From Nemertoderma westbladi (lineage: Eukaryota; Animalia; Xenacoelomorpha): a stretch of 64,000 bases of DNA. Shown piece by piece: positions 1-13,152 of this stretch; position 1 is the first letter of the stretch, and the number at the start of each line of letters is the position of its first letter. The stretch covers positions 7,424-71,423 of the forward strand of contig JAUCBJ010000042.1 of assembly GCA_032718475.1 (NCBI GenBank). Direction: 5' to 3'. The notes beneath the pieces are model-generated. The model saw nothing but the letters and a program-made list of their open reading frames with translations. It was not told the origin of the DNA and did no database searches. The position numbers and the translations under genes were made by a program.

Positions 1-128
1 TTTTGACCCGGGTAGTAAATGTTTTTCACCCGGGTGATAAATGTTTTCACCTGGGTGATAAATATGGTTTTCACCCGTGTGATAAATGTTATCACCCGGG
101 TGATAAATATTTTTCACCCGGGTGAAAA
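1..128. repeat. Minisatellite of ~20-bp units (TTTTCACCCGGGTGATAAATG), cut by the window edge
   Basis: About 6 degenerate tandem copies, each containing the palindrome CACCCGGGTG. Confidence 0.8.
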
Positions 129-3100
129 ATAATTTAATAAATGGAAATAATTGGCCGCAATCAGCCACCGTAGTTTAACGTAGAAAACTTTTTACCACAT
201 AATATCTTGTCCATCTTGCCCTCGACTGTTTATCCACTATAGAATAATCCCCACTGAGCTTACTTTTAATTTATTAACAATACTCTTTTAAATTTTATTG
301 TTTTAATGTGACACTACTATATATATATTTTAACATCCGTAATTTTATTGAATCATTGATAATAATTATTAAATTTGCCCTGTTAAGGGTGTGTCTTCAA
401 AAAAAAATATGTGTGACATTTCCTCAATTTTCAATAAATTTATCTGGAATTCCATATAGAGGCAGTCCAGCGTAGGTCAGTACAGTAGGTAGGCATACTT
501 AATGATTATAACATTAACTTTCACTTTAATATACGATTTTCCGTATGGTATATACATACATGTAAATAAATTACACCCCATAATATTGAATTATGTATAC
601 TGTAATAGTACACTGTGTAGAAAATAATAATAATAACGGAGATCTTATGCTATTTAATTCCTATTAGAATATAAATATCGAATCCTATAGAGATATACAG
701 TATGTATAAAACACAGTATATCGCATAAATGGTATTAATTTCTATATTGTGCTGCATACAAGGGTAAGTATGTAAGTTTGTTCAGTCATGCAATTATTTC
801 TTTCTTATAACCCGCACAGATACAACTTGTTTATTGTTTTGATTAGATTCAGCCCTTCTTTAACCTGGGTTTTTATTGAAAACCGTATTCTTCACAGTGT
901 GGGTAAAATATAATGTGAAATATAACAGCAGAAAGTCCGATATAGGCCTACTTCACAAGCCCCCGACGACAGCAGCTGCAGAAGGAAAAGCATGGAACCG
1001 AAACATGCACATATTTTTTTAATAGACATACAGTATACTACTGTCACTGTGTGATATTTTTTTACATCGCTACCGGCTACAGAGGAGCATGTTACAAGAA
1101 AAGTAATCTAATGCTTAACCATGCCAGCCTGTTTCGTTCGACAGCTTTTGCTACAGTATTAAGTAAATTGTATTATAAACTGTATGTGGATAGCCAGTAA
1201 CCGCCAAGCAACGTAACCTTCCAATGTAATCTAACCGCTGTGGGAGAGTCATTTTTTTTCAAGTATTGCCGTACGTGACCTTTAAATTATTGGTAGTGTA
1301 TTACAGTATAATCTTATTGCGGGGTTAAAGATAGCTCATTATCATGAATAATTTACACATTTATTTTATAAGAGCCAAGTAGAGTTTATAAGAACACAAG
1401 GTTTTTTCATATTCGTTTAGAAATTATGACGAAGAGTTAATTAATATTTTTATTAACAACATAAGGACAACATTAACCAACATAAGGAGTCCGTACAAGG
1501 ACATGGAATCCTCGGTTTTTCCTTATTATACATGTTCGCCAGTCCAATATATTATTGTGATAAGGAGCATATGTCAGCTATCTCAATTCAATATATTGAG
1601 ATAGCGTACATGAATACTAACAATAATAATAAATAATAATAATAACATATGTTTTTATTTCATAAAAACAATAGCAATAAAAATACAATAACATCACGTG
1701 TAATAGTTCGTGTACTCAATAAAAATATATTAATGGCCTCAGCCATATGCCCGCGAGGCACCACAGAATGCAATATATAAGGTATGTCATACTACTTACT
1801 GTACATAAATTAATTTAATGTAAGATAAAATATAAGTGTAATTAGTAGTTCCTGTGAGATATAAATGACTACATACGTTGGCATAGAGGATAGTTCAAAT
1901 AAATTAACCAACTGCAATATATCAATCAACTGTAGTTCTGATCGTGAACAATGTACATAGACGTTTTCCACGAACCCTTGCAATATTGTAGTAAATAAAA
2001 AGAAATTAATGAGGTTCTACAGTCCCAATCCCAATAAACATTAACTTGGTCATTTTGGCGGCCAAAACGACCAAAATGGCCAAATATAAATTGCGGCATT
2101 CATGAAAGGAACTTCTGAGGCAAGTTGGCTTGTCAATCACAGCCAGTGAATAGAGGCTGAGTGTAAGTAAAGCCCAGGATGTTGGCAGATAGAAAAAGGC
2201 TTCGATTTCCGGACATTCCCTCCCCAACCCCCCCCCCCCCCCCCCCCCCCGGACTGTTCCGTACTGTTTTATATTTCGCACGTTTATTTTTCATTTTGTA
2301 AGGTAAACGGACCGCTTGTATCCAGACAAGTTGTACAGTATCCAATTTCCCTTTCTTAGCTCAGAAATTTATATTTTGCATCCCGATTTTACATTTTGTA
2401 TCCACGTTTTATTTATGGATTTCATCAATTCAATTACACTGTATTGTTTGCTAATCTTTAAACAATTAATTAGATGACCTATATATTCCATCCCCCGAAT
2501 GATATATTGTTTTGTTTACTAGAGTTATAATAATTATGTAATAGTTTTAATTATGAGTATTATTATCTAATTATTTTCTTCAAATTGAAGCAGATGGGGT
2601 TGACTATTATTGATGGTCCTTTTTCGAAGAAATCCTACATGGGCATTTTGGAGCTAACCCGCCACTACTACTGCTTGGCTCACTGGAAGTGTATTTAGGT
2701 AAAGCTCTATTGTAAGGCTGTGGCTCTGTTTAAGCTTAGCTGAGCCAAGACGACAGACATTAGGATGGGAACACGAACACACCATATTATCCTTCCCCTA
2801 TTCATTTCAATGGTAGCCTGCTTGTCTTTCCCGCACTGGGGGGAGACCATTGCCATTGGTTAGCTGTATGCTATTGTAATACAAAGAGAGCGGCAGGATA
2901 AAGAGAAATGCCGACCTCACTAATAATGGGCTGGTCCCACAGGTCACTTTAAGGTAGGTGGTAAAGTAGGTACGTACAGTTTACATGTTCAAGGGCGCCA
3001 GTCCCTAGTCGCTAGCCCATAGTCTGTCATGGAGTTCCTGTAGTAGTTTCAGACGCTTTCACTCAGTATCCTAGTGTCCAGGAAGTTGGGAGTTGAGTGT

Positions 3101-3142
3101 GGGTGGGTGGATTGGTGGCCCCCACGCAACACCGCAGTGTCG

Positions 3143-3545
3143 GGTGACTACAAAACAAAGACCAACGACCCAAATAATAAAGACCTGTACAAATACAAAA
3201 CACATGTGTTAACTTTCGTTTATTGTTTTGGTTCCCCAACACGCCTCTGTAACCTGCTTCTTTACTAACCTGCTCCTTTAAATGGCAATGTGACCTCACG
3301 CTCTCTGGCAATGGGACCTAAAGCTCTTTGGAACCTAACGCTCTTTGGGACGTAACGCGACTTTACCTCTTTGTTTTGTACAGGTCACAATGAGCGTTAT
3401 GTACCATTGCTATTTAAAGGAGCAGGTTAGTAAAGGAGCAAGTTACAGAGGCGTGACGGGGGGATTCAAAACAATTAACGAAAGTTAACACATGTAACAA
3501 GATTATGCAGGTCTTTATAATTGGGTCTTTGTTTTGTAGTCACCC
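3143..3545. mobile_element. Foldback/MITE with ~160-bp imperfect inverted arms, nested in the TIR element
   Basis: GGGTGACTACAAAACAAAGACC...ACGCCTCTGTAAC...CCTGCTCCTTTAAAT is mirrored by ATTTAAAGGAGCAGG...GTTACAGAGGCGT...GGTCTTTGTTTTGTAGTCACCC. A partial related copy lies at ~9460-9535. Confidence 0.75.
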
Positions 3546-3619
3546 CGCAGTGTCCGCGAATTATACATTGTGAAAAAATATTAAAAAAAAATTTTATTAT
3601 AAAAAAAAATATTATTGAA

Positions 3620-3790
3620 ATTAATTTCCGAAATTAACATCCCGAAATTAATTTATGGACGTCCATTAATTAGTTATTTCATTACGATTCTGATTGGTTT
3701 ATAGATTATTTTCGGGACGTCCATAAGTTAATTTCGGGACGTCCATATAGTTAATTTCGGGACGTCCATAAATTAATTTCGGGACGTCTC
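3620..3790. repeat. Short tandem/inverted array of a ~22-bp unit (TTAATTTCGGGACGTCCATA)
   Basis: Four direct copies at ~3708-3788, with inverted partial copies upstream. Confidence 0.7.
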
Positions 3791-4135
3791 AGATTATTAT
3801 ACGATACTCCTCCTTTAACGAAGCTCCATTCAACTCCTTTTATACGACTGTGTACTCTATCAATGCCTCAGTGGGCGGACTCCAGTACTGCAAGGCTCAG
3901 CGCCGGGTAAGTTAACAATCTGTCAATAATAAAAATGAAAGCGAGCCGACATTTAGTCAGATCCACCAAATGGATGGCCAAGGAGACAGACTGTCTGGAT
4001 TGAGCTGATTCGAGTTAAATCGCTTCGCCAAAACGACCAAGTAGCCCATAGGAATACACTACATTTTTTTTGGTGATTTTGGTCATTTTGGCCGCCAAAA
4101 CGACCAAGTTAATGTTTATTGGGATTGGGACTGTA

Positions 4136-6120
4136 AATATGTTAGTAGTGGAAGATATGTTCCAGATATTTATAAAAACGCACAGAAAAATGATTTTGTT
4201 TTGAGTGACCTCTTGCGCTGCGATTTTGATACAGACTAAAAATTTCTTTTGTGTTGTTTTAATCGTAATTATTTTGGGCATTTCAGTTAGGTCGGCTTTA
4301 ATTCTACGAATTTCCAGTGGTTCTTCATTTAAATGTAACAAGCGATCGCTATATGAATAATTTTTCATACCAGGTAAATGTCTAACGAAATCTCTTTGAA
4401 CTCGTTCTAAAATGTTGATGTCACGATCAATAGAAGGATTCCATATTGGAGAGTTGAATTCCAGAATAGGTCATGCAAAAACTTTGAATAAATTGATTTG
4501 AAAATTTGCCGAAAGCTTGCCGTATTTGAAAACATATCTTTCTGGCCTTACCTGAAATAATTTGAATGTGTTCGCTGAACCGTAAGTCGTCTGATACTTC
4601 AATGCCGAGGTTCGCGACCGGAAGGTTTATTCTCAATGGTGACGCTGTTCATAGTGTACGAAGGAATACGATCTGATCAAGGAGATTGCAAGGAGACAAC
4701 ATGACATTTCTTAATATTAAAATATAGTTGCCATGTCGCTGACCATGTACATATAGTGTCGATGTCGAATTGCAAGACCTGCTCGTCACTGGCTGTAAGG
4801 ATTCCTCTGTAAAGTTTGGTGTCATCTGCAGAAGCTTAATACTGGTCCCTGGTGTATGCAATCGCAAATATTTGAACAGGATGAATAGCAGTGGCGATAT
4901 ATCACTTCCCTGCGGTACCCCACTGGTTACCGAAATTGCAGATGATAACTTGTCATTGATTTTTGTCCGTTGGGTGCGACCAGAGATAAGAAGGATTCCA
5001 ACCATACTAGAAGATTACCGTCGATCCCATAGCTTTTGAGTTTGCAGATAAGTTTGGGATGGGAAACTCGATCAAAAGCGCGTTTAAAATCGGTGTACAG
5101 GATATCAACTGGTTTACCCAAGTTTCTTATTCTCACCCATTCCGTCTAACATCCCAACAGCTGGGTTAATGTAGATTTGTTCCTGAGAAACCCATGCTGG
5201 TTTTTGGTTATAGCTCCCATAGATATTAAGTAGTCCAGTAGCTGGTCACGGATTATAGATTCAATTGTTTTCACCGAAGTGACGTTAGTGATATTCCACG
5301 GTAGTTTAGGCCATCCGAGCTTGATCCAGCAAGTTTGTAGAATGGAATAACGTTGGATATAATGGAGGATATATAAAATAAATATATAATAATGGAGGAA
5401 CGGTTCTCGTGTCAAAGAATTGTCGGGATAATAGTCGCCCAAGGGGAGCAGCGAAGATGAAACACAACCTGTTGAGGACCGGACCTTGTCGGGACCGGTG
5501 GCTTTGTTTGGGGACAGTTTCCTTAGTACGTGGAGAACGTTTTCCTCAGTAAAGTGTATTTCCGAAAGACTGAAACCGTTTGGGTGATCTATACTGTAGG
5601 TTTGAGTAGCTCCATCATCAATGGTAAAATTAGCGGAAGAAATTTCGTTAAATAGATTAGCTTTATCAGAGTCTTATGTAATTACACTGCCAAGTTGCTG
5701 TCTTTCATGAATGGGATAGGGGATCGGCGAACAAGATAACATTTTGCATAATTCCAGAACTGTTTCGAGTTGCGGTTTATCAGAACTTGGTCGTCATATT
5801 TCTGATTACGAGATTGAATTCTTTCATTTAGGTTTCTTTGTAATGCTTCAAGTTTGTCCTTAAGCTAAGTGCTACGTAATGGGTCAGATGTCAGAAGAGT
5901 TCTTGTTCTTACGTTTACTTCTAATTCTGTTGATATTGATATATCTTTTCTGGCGCTGTGATTCTAAATCTAAACGTGGTTTCTTACGCGATTTTTTTTT
6001 GGAACGTAATCATCTTGAGGGATTTAAGAATGAACGTCAAAGACTTCAAATTAGTTTCAGCACTGAAATTGACTAGAAGAAGACAGAAAGGGCATTGATA
6101 TAAATAAGTTGAGGGTAAGT
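4136..6120 (-). mobile_element. Degraded CR1-group LINE ORF2 (RT domain, frameshifted)
   Basis: ORF fragments in successive frames carry RT motifs QHGFLRNKSTLTQLL, VDILYTDFKRAFDRVSH and SGVPQGS, plus C-terminal LEIRRIKADL and INIWN. The left end is cut by the TIR element; the right limit is approximate. Confidence 0.85.
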
Positions 6121-6324
6121 GATACAGTTAGATTTCTCGGAACTACGAAGATTACAATCAGTTCTGGCTGAGTGCCTGGCACTTCAGTCCTGATGGACTG
6201 GTATAGTTACCTGAGCAGCGATATATGTGAGTGCCGCGTTGGAAGTCTGATGCTCTAACCATGTTCTCCACCTGGACGTCATTGCTGCCTTTGCAAAAAA
6301 CAGTACCCAACAAAAAGTTATAAT

Positions 6325-6990
6325 AAATTGGGATCATGGATCCGAAAGTCAGGTAAAGAAAGACCTTCGGATACGTAAGGGAAAGGCATGGGCAGCGTTA
6401 AATAGTCTGTCCAGGATTTGGAAGTCCCATATAATAAAACGGAACCTTAAGGTTCGATTATTTATGGTACTGTAGTACTAGTACCAGTAGTACTCTTATA
6501 TGTGAGTCCATGCTGGGCTCTAACTGCAGAGGATACCAAATCTCTGGATGGCACTTTCAAATGAATGCTGGGCACGCCGGTTTCATTGTGTCAAGTACAA
6601 TGAACACATCTCCAATCAGACTCTATAGAACATTGGAGGTGTTCCATTAGTCTCCCCAAGCTTGACATTTGAATGGAACCGCCTCCGCTTTGCAGGACAT
6701 TGTTTTCGCCGTGAAGACCAGCCAGTGCATAATCTTGCTTTGGATGTCTCACATGGTGTGAATAAGAATGGTGGACAGCCCATAACTATATCGGCCCACA
6801 TCTTAAAGGACACTGACACTGGCCTTGAAGATGTGAATGATCTAGCAAATGTCATGGGTAGTGATAGTTGCGGCGACGAAATTTTGTAGACAAGCCGGCA
6901 CAGCATTCGTAAATATATTATATGTTATATAAAATATATATTGCAGCTGCAAATGCAGCCTGCCGTTCGTCTGTTCGTAGTAGTAGTAGT
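6325..6990 (+). mobile_element. 5'-truncated RTE-clade LINE copy with (TAG)n tail
   Basis: RLRFAGHCFRREDQPVHNL; nucleotide similarity to the copy at 23848-25325; ends GCAGCTGCAAATGCAGC...GTAGTAGTAGT. Confidence 0.85.
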
Positions 6991-7779
6991 TGGCAGGTTG
7001 GTAGAGGTGTAATCCTGTCAGACTGTGCATTTGAACGTGTAAGTTCGTAAATTCGTACCTGTTTATGTTTACGAACTTGTTTATGTTTTATTTTAATGTT
7101 TACAAACATGGTACCTAACGGTTTATTTATTTACTTCTATACAGCTGTACAGTAAGTACAAAATATACAGGAAGTACAGAAGTCTAGAAGTCTGAACTGG
7201 AAGTACTGAAGTACGCAGTACGGTACATGAATGAAGTAGGTATGGCTGTATGGTACCGCGGTACCGGTAACGGCAGACAGAACGGTAATGAGCTGTAACT
7301 ACAAACTACTGCTGCTACTGCAGTAGCTGTATGATGAAAATTCAGAAATTAGTTTAAAAAAACCTTTTTATCTACCGAACCGATACCGGTAAGCAGGTAA
7401 GTGAGATTATCTGATTATCGGACCGGTGATCAGGTAATTCACTGATTTTTAAGAAATACCGGTGGGCCGGCAGCCGGTAGGAGGGCAGCCCATATTGCAG
7501 TAACGCGACTGGTATCGCAGTCTACTACAGTACTAGCAGACTGGTCTAGCTCTAGGCCTCTAGCAGTCTAGCTACAGAGCTAGCATACCACTGTCAGGGC
7601 TATACAGCTCTGTAGCAGCACTGGGCACCACTGCATTATTACGACACCCCAGTAATCCATTTTGCATTCGATATCTCGTGTGGTTGACAGGTTGATAATA
7701 GACTTGTGGTTGTGGCTGTATGCAGGCAGCGCTACGACTGACAACAACGATGTCGACCTAGCAACAGAATGCCCAACAC

Positions 7780-8660
7780 CGACTCTAGCTGATGATACAG
7801 CAATGATGAAATCTGGTACCACAGTCAGCACCATATCCGTTATACTGACAAAGAATATAAATAACTTAGCAATATGGCTGATAGACAACAGGCTCAGCAT
7901 GCACTTAGGATAAGATGTGATCTTATTTGGTACCAGACAGAAGCTGCTTACATCGGATGAATTAAAGATTACAGGTAATGGGAATTTAATACCAGTCTCT
8001 TCATCAGTGCGTTACCTGGGTTGCCAGCTGGACCAAACATTGTCCAGTAAAGAAATGACCGAAAGTGTAGTAAGGAAAGGTAACCAGAGGATACGTTTTT
8101 TATATCGTCATGCTAATGTACTAGACTCGGGACTGCGTCGAATGCTATGTAAAACCCTCCCCTCATACAACCTTATATAGACTAGACTATACTTCAATAA
8201 ACAGTTAAATTGGTACTTTGGAACAACGGCTAGATGGCGGAAGAAGATAGATGTGCTTCAGCGGAAGTGCATTCGCTTCTGTCTTTTTCTGGGCGATCGA
8301 GTGCACATTGATCATTCACACTACTCTAGAATAAACTGATAAACTGGCTCCCAATCCGTGAAAGGGTTCACCAAGCTGCCAAGGTGTCGTGACCAGCATG
8401 TACAAAATATATGGTGGAACTTCACCTGGCTATCTAACAGAACTCATCATTGAATATTGTGAAACTCGTACCTCTTCACGACACTCGACTAAATCAAAAG
8501 CAACAATTCCCCACCGGCACACATAACTCGGGCAAAATTCGTTCTTATCACTGGGTCCCCGTCTATGGAATAAGTTGCCCACAAACGTCACATCGGCAAC
8601 CAGTGTCGAGTCGTTCAAGCATCTCTTGAAAAATTACTGTTTAGATCGTATTCGTACCAC
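7780..8660 (+). mobile_element. Degraded L2/CR1-group LINE 3' fragment
   Basis: ADDTAM, WLIDNRLSMHLG, VRYLGCQLDQTLS, RIRFLYR and a downstream GPRLWNKLP-like motif, with stops and frameshifts. Confidence 0.75.
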
Positions 8661-9103
8661 AGACAACGATGACCATGTATATGGTAAACACCACATTCAT
8701 ATATTTTAACTATTTTAATTTATCATATTCTTTTTTTATCATATATTTAACTATTTTAAGATCATCACCTGTAACTATTTAAATGGCAGTTCAATTTTTA
8801 TTATAATATATTTTTTAACGAGGTCTCCCTGGGAGACGAGGTCTTTGCCTCAAGGGGCATTCCTCGAGGCTAATATCAGAATATACACCATACACATTTT
8901 AATCTACGTACAATTTTAAATAATCAAGGTACGAGAGGCATACTTTTTAATCTACATACAAATTTTAAATTCAACTTGTGATTCTCTCTAATTAATTGGT
9001 ATTATAAATTAAATATTTTCAGTGATTTTAATGTGATTTTAAACCGTGATTTTAACTCTTAACTTAGTCTGCATACATTTATAAATTCGATTCGTGATTT
9101 TAA

Positions 9104-9147
9104 TTAATTTGTGTTACCGAGCTTAAAAGCTCGGTAACACAAATTAA
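9104..9147. repeat. Perfect palindrome, 21-bp arms, 2-nt loop
   Basis: TTAATTTGTGTTACCGAGCTT-AA-AAGCTCGGTAACACAAATTAA. Confidence 0.9.
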
Positions 9148-9149
9148 AT

Positions 9150-9405
9150 CAACAACTGGTAAAGATATGCACGACAAACTGAAAGTAGTTAACACTGATT
9201 TAACACAAGGCACAAAATCTAATTAGATAAAATCACAAATTGAATTTTAAAATAATAAGCAGATAAGTATGAGGTTTTAACCTCATACTTATCTGCTTAT
9301 TATTTTAAAATTCAATTTGTGATTTTATCTAATTAGATTTTGTGCCTTGTGTTAAATCAGTGTTAACTACTTTCAGTTTGTCGTGCATATCTTTACCAGT
9401 TGTTG
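9150..9405. repeat. Long perfect palindrome, 127-bp arms, 2-nt loop
   Basis: 9150-9276 is the reverse complement of 9279-9405, centred on GAGGTT-TT-AACCTC. No mismatch was seen by eye. Confidence 0.9.
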
Positions 9406-9698
9406 TTTCGTTCCTATACTACAGTACTATATTAGTCCTCAGTGAATAATCTCAATCTCAAGGAGTAGGTTACAGAGGCGAGTTGGGGGAACCAAAACAA
9501 TACACGAATGTTAAAACTTGTTACATGATTATGAACACCATATAAAAGTCCTGGGGTGTCGTTATAATGCAGTAGTGCCCCATCACTGTAGCATGTTGTG
9601 TTGATATACCTGTATACTGTAATAAATAATACCGGTACTGTGTAATATATAATATGACAGAATATTTATAGAATACTTAATAACCCAGCAGCCCAGTA

Positions 9699-12600
9699 AT
9701 GGATTCCACCAACCCTTTCAACTGCCAAGTATCCTCGCCTGAACCGGCCGATTCGGGGTCTTCCCAATGGAGTTTAGACGAGGCCGCAAAGTCTCTGTAT
9801 AAACTTGAAGGTCACCATGTCTCTCGTTCAGCCGACTTTACCTTCATAGCGGAGGCTCTTCTCAAACACAACCTCCCACTGAGCGCCTTGGAGTTCTACT
9901 CCGAGGTTTTGGAGTCCACTGGCTGCGAGATTCCGTCGTTGAGTCGGTATTTCTCGAATCCCGCCAACTTCGAACGAATTTGTTTAGTCCCTCCATCGAG
10001 TGGGGGCCTCCAACGGACACCGAGTCGCTCCACCATCGACTCACTCGAACTCGCCTGCCACTCGGACGACGGGATAGTCGGAGGGCGTTGCGACAAGGAC
10101 TCGGACGCTTCGCGCATCGCCGTTCTAGAATACGAGTTACGAGCCGCCAAGGAAACCATCAGGGAACTCCGGACTAATATAACCCAGTCGACCATCGCTT
10201 CAGACGGATTCCCACCGGGCCTCATCTCGTCGTCCGGACAAGCTAGTCCGGAGCCGATAAACAATAACCAGGCAATAAAACCCATAGAAAGGCGATCTTT
10301 GAACTTCATTGTTAACGAATATTTGTTGAACAACGGGTATAAACTCACATCGAACACGTTCAGCGACGAGAACCCGGACCAAGACCTCGAGGACTGGGAC
10401 CGAGTCGGATTGAATCTACCGAAACCAATCGAGCTCACCTTCATCTACAACGAGTTCAACCGGCGCTCCCCGGCGGGTGTTGGGTGTACCGAGGTTGGGT
10501 GTCAATGGGAACCGGTGGGTGGTGTCGAGGTTGGGTGCCAGTGGGAGCCGCTAGGTGGTGTCGAGGTTGGGTGTCAGTGCGATACGGAATCAGTGGAGAG
10601 TTTGCGATCAACCGTGGATAGACTTACCAAACAAATAATTACATTACAGTCAGATAGAAACTCATTTATAACAGATAATACCGGTACTCGTTTACTTTCA
10701 GTTTCAAATCATTTATCGCCTTCTGGGACCGTTGAGTTAGAGACAAAAAATAATAAATCTGAAGTTTCAATAAAATTAGAAGCAGAATCTTTCGATGTTA
10801 TAGAAGTACAAAGGGTCGAAACTGAAACTATTAAAGTACAGGTTGTAACTGAAAGTTCGTCTGAACAGACGTCGGATTCGCCGAATGACTCGGATGGGTT
10901 TAACTCGTCGTCGCCTCGACTCCCGGCGCGGGTGAACCCGTTCAACCGCTCCTCCCAGTTCCTCCCCTCGCTGATCCTCCGCCAGCGGGAACTGCTTCTC
11001 TCTACAGTGCAGACCGCGGACGTCGTCGTCGACGATGACGAGCTGTGGACTGCGGACGAATCCTCCCCGTTCGTCGACCTCCTCGCCCAACGCCTCCCCA
11101 ACATCGTACCCAACGTCCTCCTCGCGAAACGCGACCAACTCATCCCCCTCATCGTCTCCCTCGCCTGTCTGTCGGACCGTCACCGCGACTCAATGCTCGG
11201 CCTCCTGTTCAACCTGATAAAGAAACCCGACGAAACCCAACGTCGTCTCATCCTGTCAGGGTGTCGGCTGTTCGCGGAACGCTCGGGGGCGGAACGCGTC
11301 GAGGCGGAACTCCTGCCCCAGTGCTGGGAGCAGATCGAGCACCGCCACTGGGAACGCCGACTCCTCGTCGCCGAATCCTGCGGATACCTCGCTAGGTTCG
11401 TCTCCTCCGCGACTCGCTCCTCGCTGCTCCTCTCCATGCTCTTCCAGATGGCGACGGATCGCTCCGAGGCAGTCCGACGCGCCGTTGTACTCAACCTCGC
11501 GGTCGTAGTCGCAACCGACGACCTCCGCGACTCATCCGACAAACTCCCGCGGGTTTCGGACGCGCTGTACGCGGCGCTGTCGGATCCGTCGGAGGGAGTC
11601 GTAGACGCTGCACTCGGCGGCCTACTCCACGCCGTCGCTCTGTGGAGTCTCGTGGAGGGGGACCTCGTGGCCATGGCGACCGGGCTGCTAGACCGCGTCA
11701 ACGCCAACCCTCCCGACGGACAGTCGGTCCTTCTCGTCGGCTTCGAGTCGCTCATCCCGTTGCTGTTGGTCAACGTCCTGGAATCCTTCGAGGAGGCCGA
11801 CCCGGACGACTCGTCGCTCACTCACACGATGCGACTCCCCCCGACGGCCTCCCGACTCTCAGACGTTCAGCTAATGTTCGCCGGGGACTCGCGTCTGTTA
11901 GGCTCGCTACTAGGCGCCCTGGACGCCGCCCTAGGGGACCCCGAGGTCCCGCTGGGTCCCGTTCTCGAGCGGCTCAACGCGCGGCTCGTACCGTCGTTAG
12001 TGACCGCCGTTTCCCGGACACCGCTCCCCGATTCCGGACGACTCTCCCGCCTGATCCTCTCGGTTTGTCGCCACTTCGGTCGCGGGTTCACTTCCCGCTG
12101 CCTCGCTCGCGAGTTCCGCGGACGAGTCGCGCTCCTCGAGGCCGTAGACACCCCCCAGCGGACCGTCTCAGAACTCATTAACGGCTGTCTCTTCCCCGTC
12201 TTTGTCTCCGGGGTTCTGGTCGCCTTCCAAGGTGACGACGACCGCGACGAGCTCTGTAAGTTCCTCGAGGAATCCGTCGTTCTCTTCTCCCTCTGTAAAT
12301 GTAAACCCACCAGTTTGTTTATGAGTTTCTCCTCGGTCGTCGCGGCTTCCCACGTCTACCACGACTCGCTAACCGAGGTCGTCTGGTCCTGTGTGGTCCA
12401 CGCGAACCCCGCGGTAAAGACGACGACCTGCGGGGTTATCGATGAGCTTCTCCGATCGAGTTTATCCGAGGGTTTGATCGGGAGTAAACTGGTCCCCGCG
12501 TTGGTCACACTGTCCACGGACCCCGACGCGTCGGTTCGCATCGCGACCGTCTCGTGTTTCGGCTCGCTGTTGGCTCGCTGCGCTCCCCACTCGGTCGTCG

Positions 12601-12926
12601 TCGAGAAGTCCCGCATGCAGTTCGACACGTTCCTGGACGAGGGACTGTCGCCCGACTCCAACTGGTCGATGTTGCTCGAGGTTGTCCGCGCGTTCTCGCG
12701 GGTTTACGGGGACGTAGACGCGGGATTCCGCGAGGAGTTTATCGTGCCGAAGTTGGCGGTGATCAGTTCGGCGACGGCGGCCTCCCACGGGGATCCTCCG
12801 GGCTACAGGGACACCGTTCTCCTCCTCTTCGAGGCCTACTCCGGGCTGTCCTGCGTCGGACTCAGTGAACGCGCTCAGACCGACGCCTTTCTATCTGGCC
12901 TCGTCTATCTACATCAGGCTATGCAG
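9699..12926 (+). CDS. RELCH: RAB11-binding LisH/coiled-coil/HEAT-repeat protein RELCH (KIAA1468), coding exon 1
   Basis: 1076 codons. N-terminal ALEFYSEVLE...LSRYFSNPANFER; coiled coil RIAVLEYELRAAKETIRELR; LisH LNFIVNEYLLNNGYKLTSNTFSDEN-DQDLEDWD; HEAT region LPNIVPNVLLAKR, LFNLIKKPD, ELLPQCWEQI, ERRLLVAESCG. Donor ATGCAG|GTAAAC at 12926/12927, phase 0. Confidence 0.93.
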
Positions 12927-13152
12927 GTAAACAGATTCATCCCATACATATTATTTTTAATCTGATAATAGTGTCATATCTGTGTCTGTCTAACAATTGT
13001 ATTTATTATTTATTTATGTTGTTAATCAGTAACAGATTTCAGCATCAAGCCCTGTTTGATCAGTTTCGGTAAAACTTGTTTACCTTAGAGGCTGGAATCG
13101 CGAGCCCAATACGTGTTGGCTGACTGACTGTCGTTATTGAACTGATTACTGA

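Larger units (their letters stand above)
2020..4133. mobile_element. Non-autonomous TIR DNA transposon (Tc1/mariner-like CAGT ends, TA TSD)
   Basis: TA|CAGTCCCAATCCCAATAAACATTAACTTGGTC at 2018 and its reverse complement GACCAAGTTAATGTTTATTGGGATTGGGACTG|TA ending at 4135. TIRs are ~55 bp and there is no transposase ORF. It interrupts the 3' end of the CR1-like LINE. Confidence 0.85.

Noticed and set aside
6225-6275. tRNA gene on the minus strand (TGGTTAGAGCATCAGACTTCCAA)
   Set aside because: A-box-like only; no T-loop/B-box or acceptor stem. At most a SINE relic.
9862-12868. Many overlapping alternative-frame and antisense ORFs
   Set aside because: Shadow ORFs of the GC-rich RELCH exon with no recognisable motifs.
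12927-12965. RELCH ending at the ORF-track stop (VNRFIPYILFLI*)
   Set aside because: This is intron read-through; a GT donor at 12927 and a conserved in-frame exon at 13609 give the proper C-terminus.
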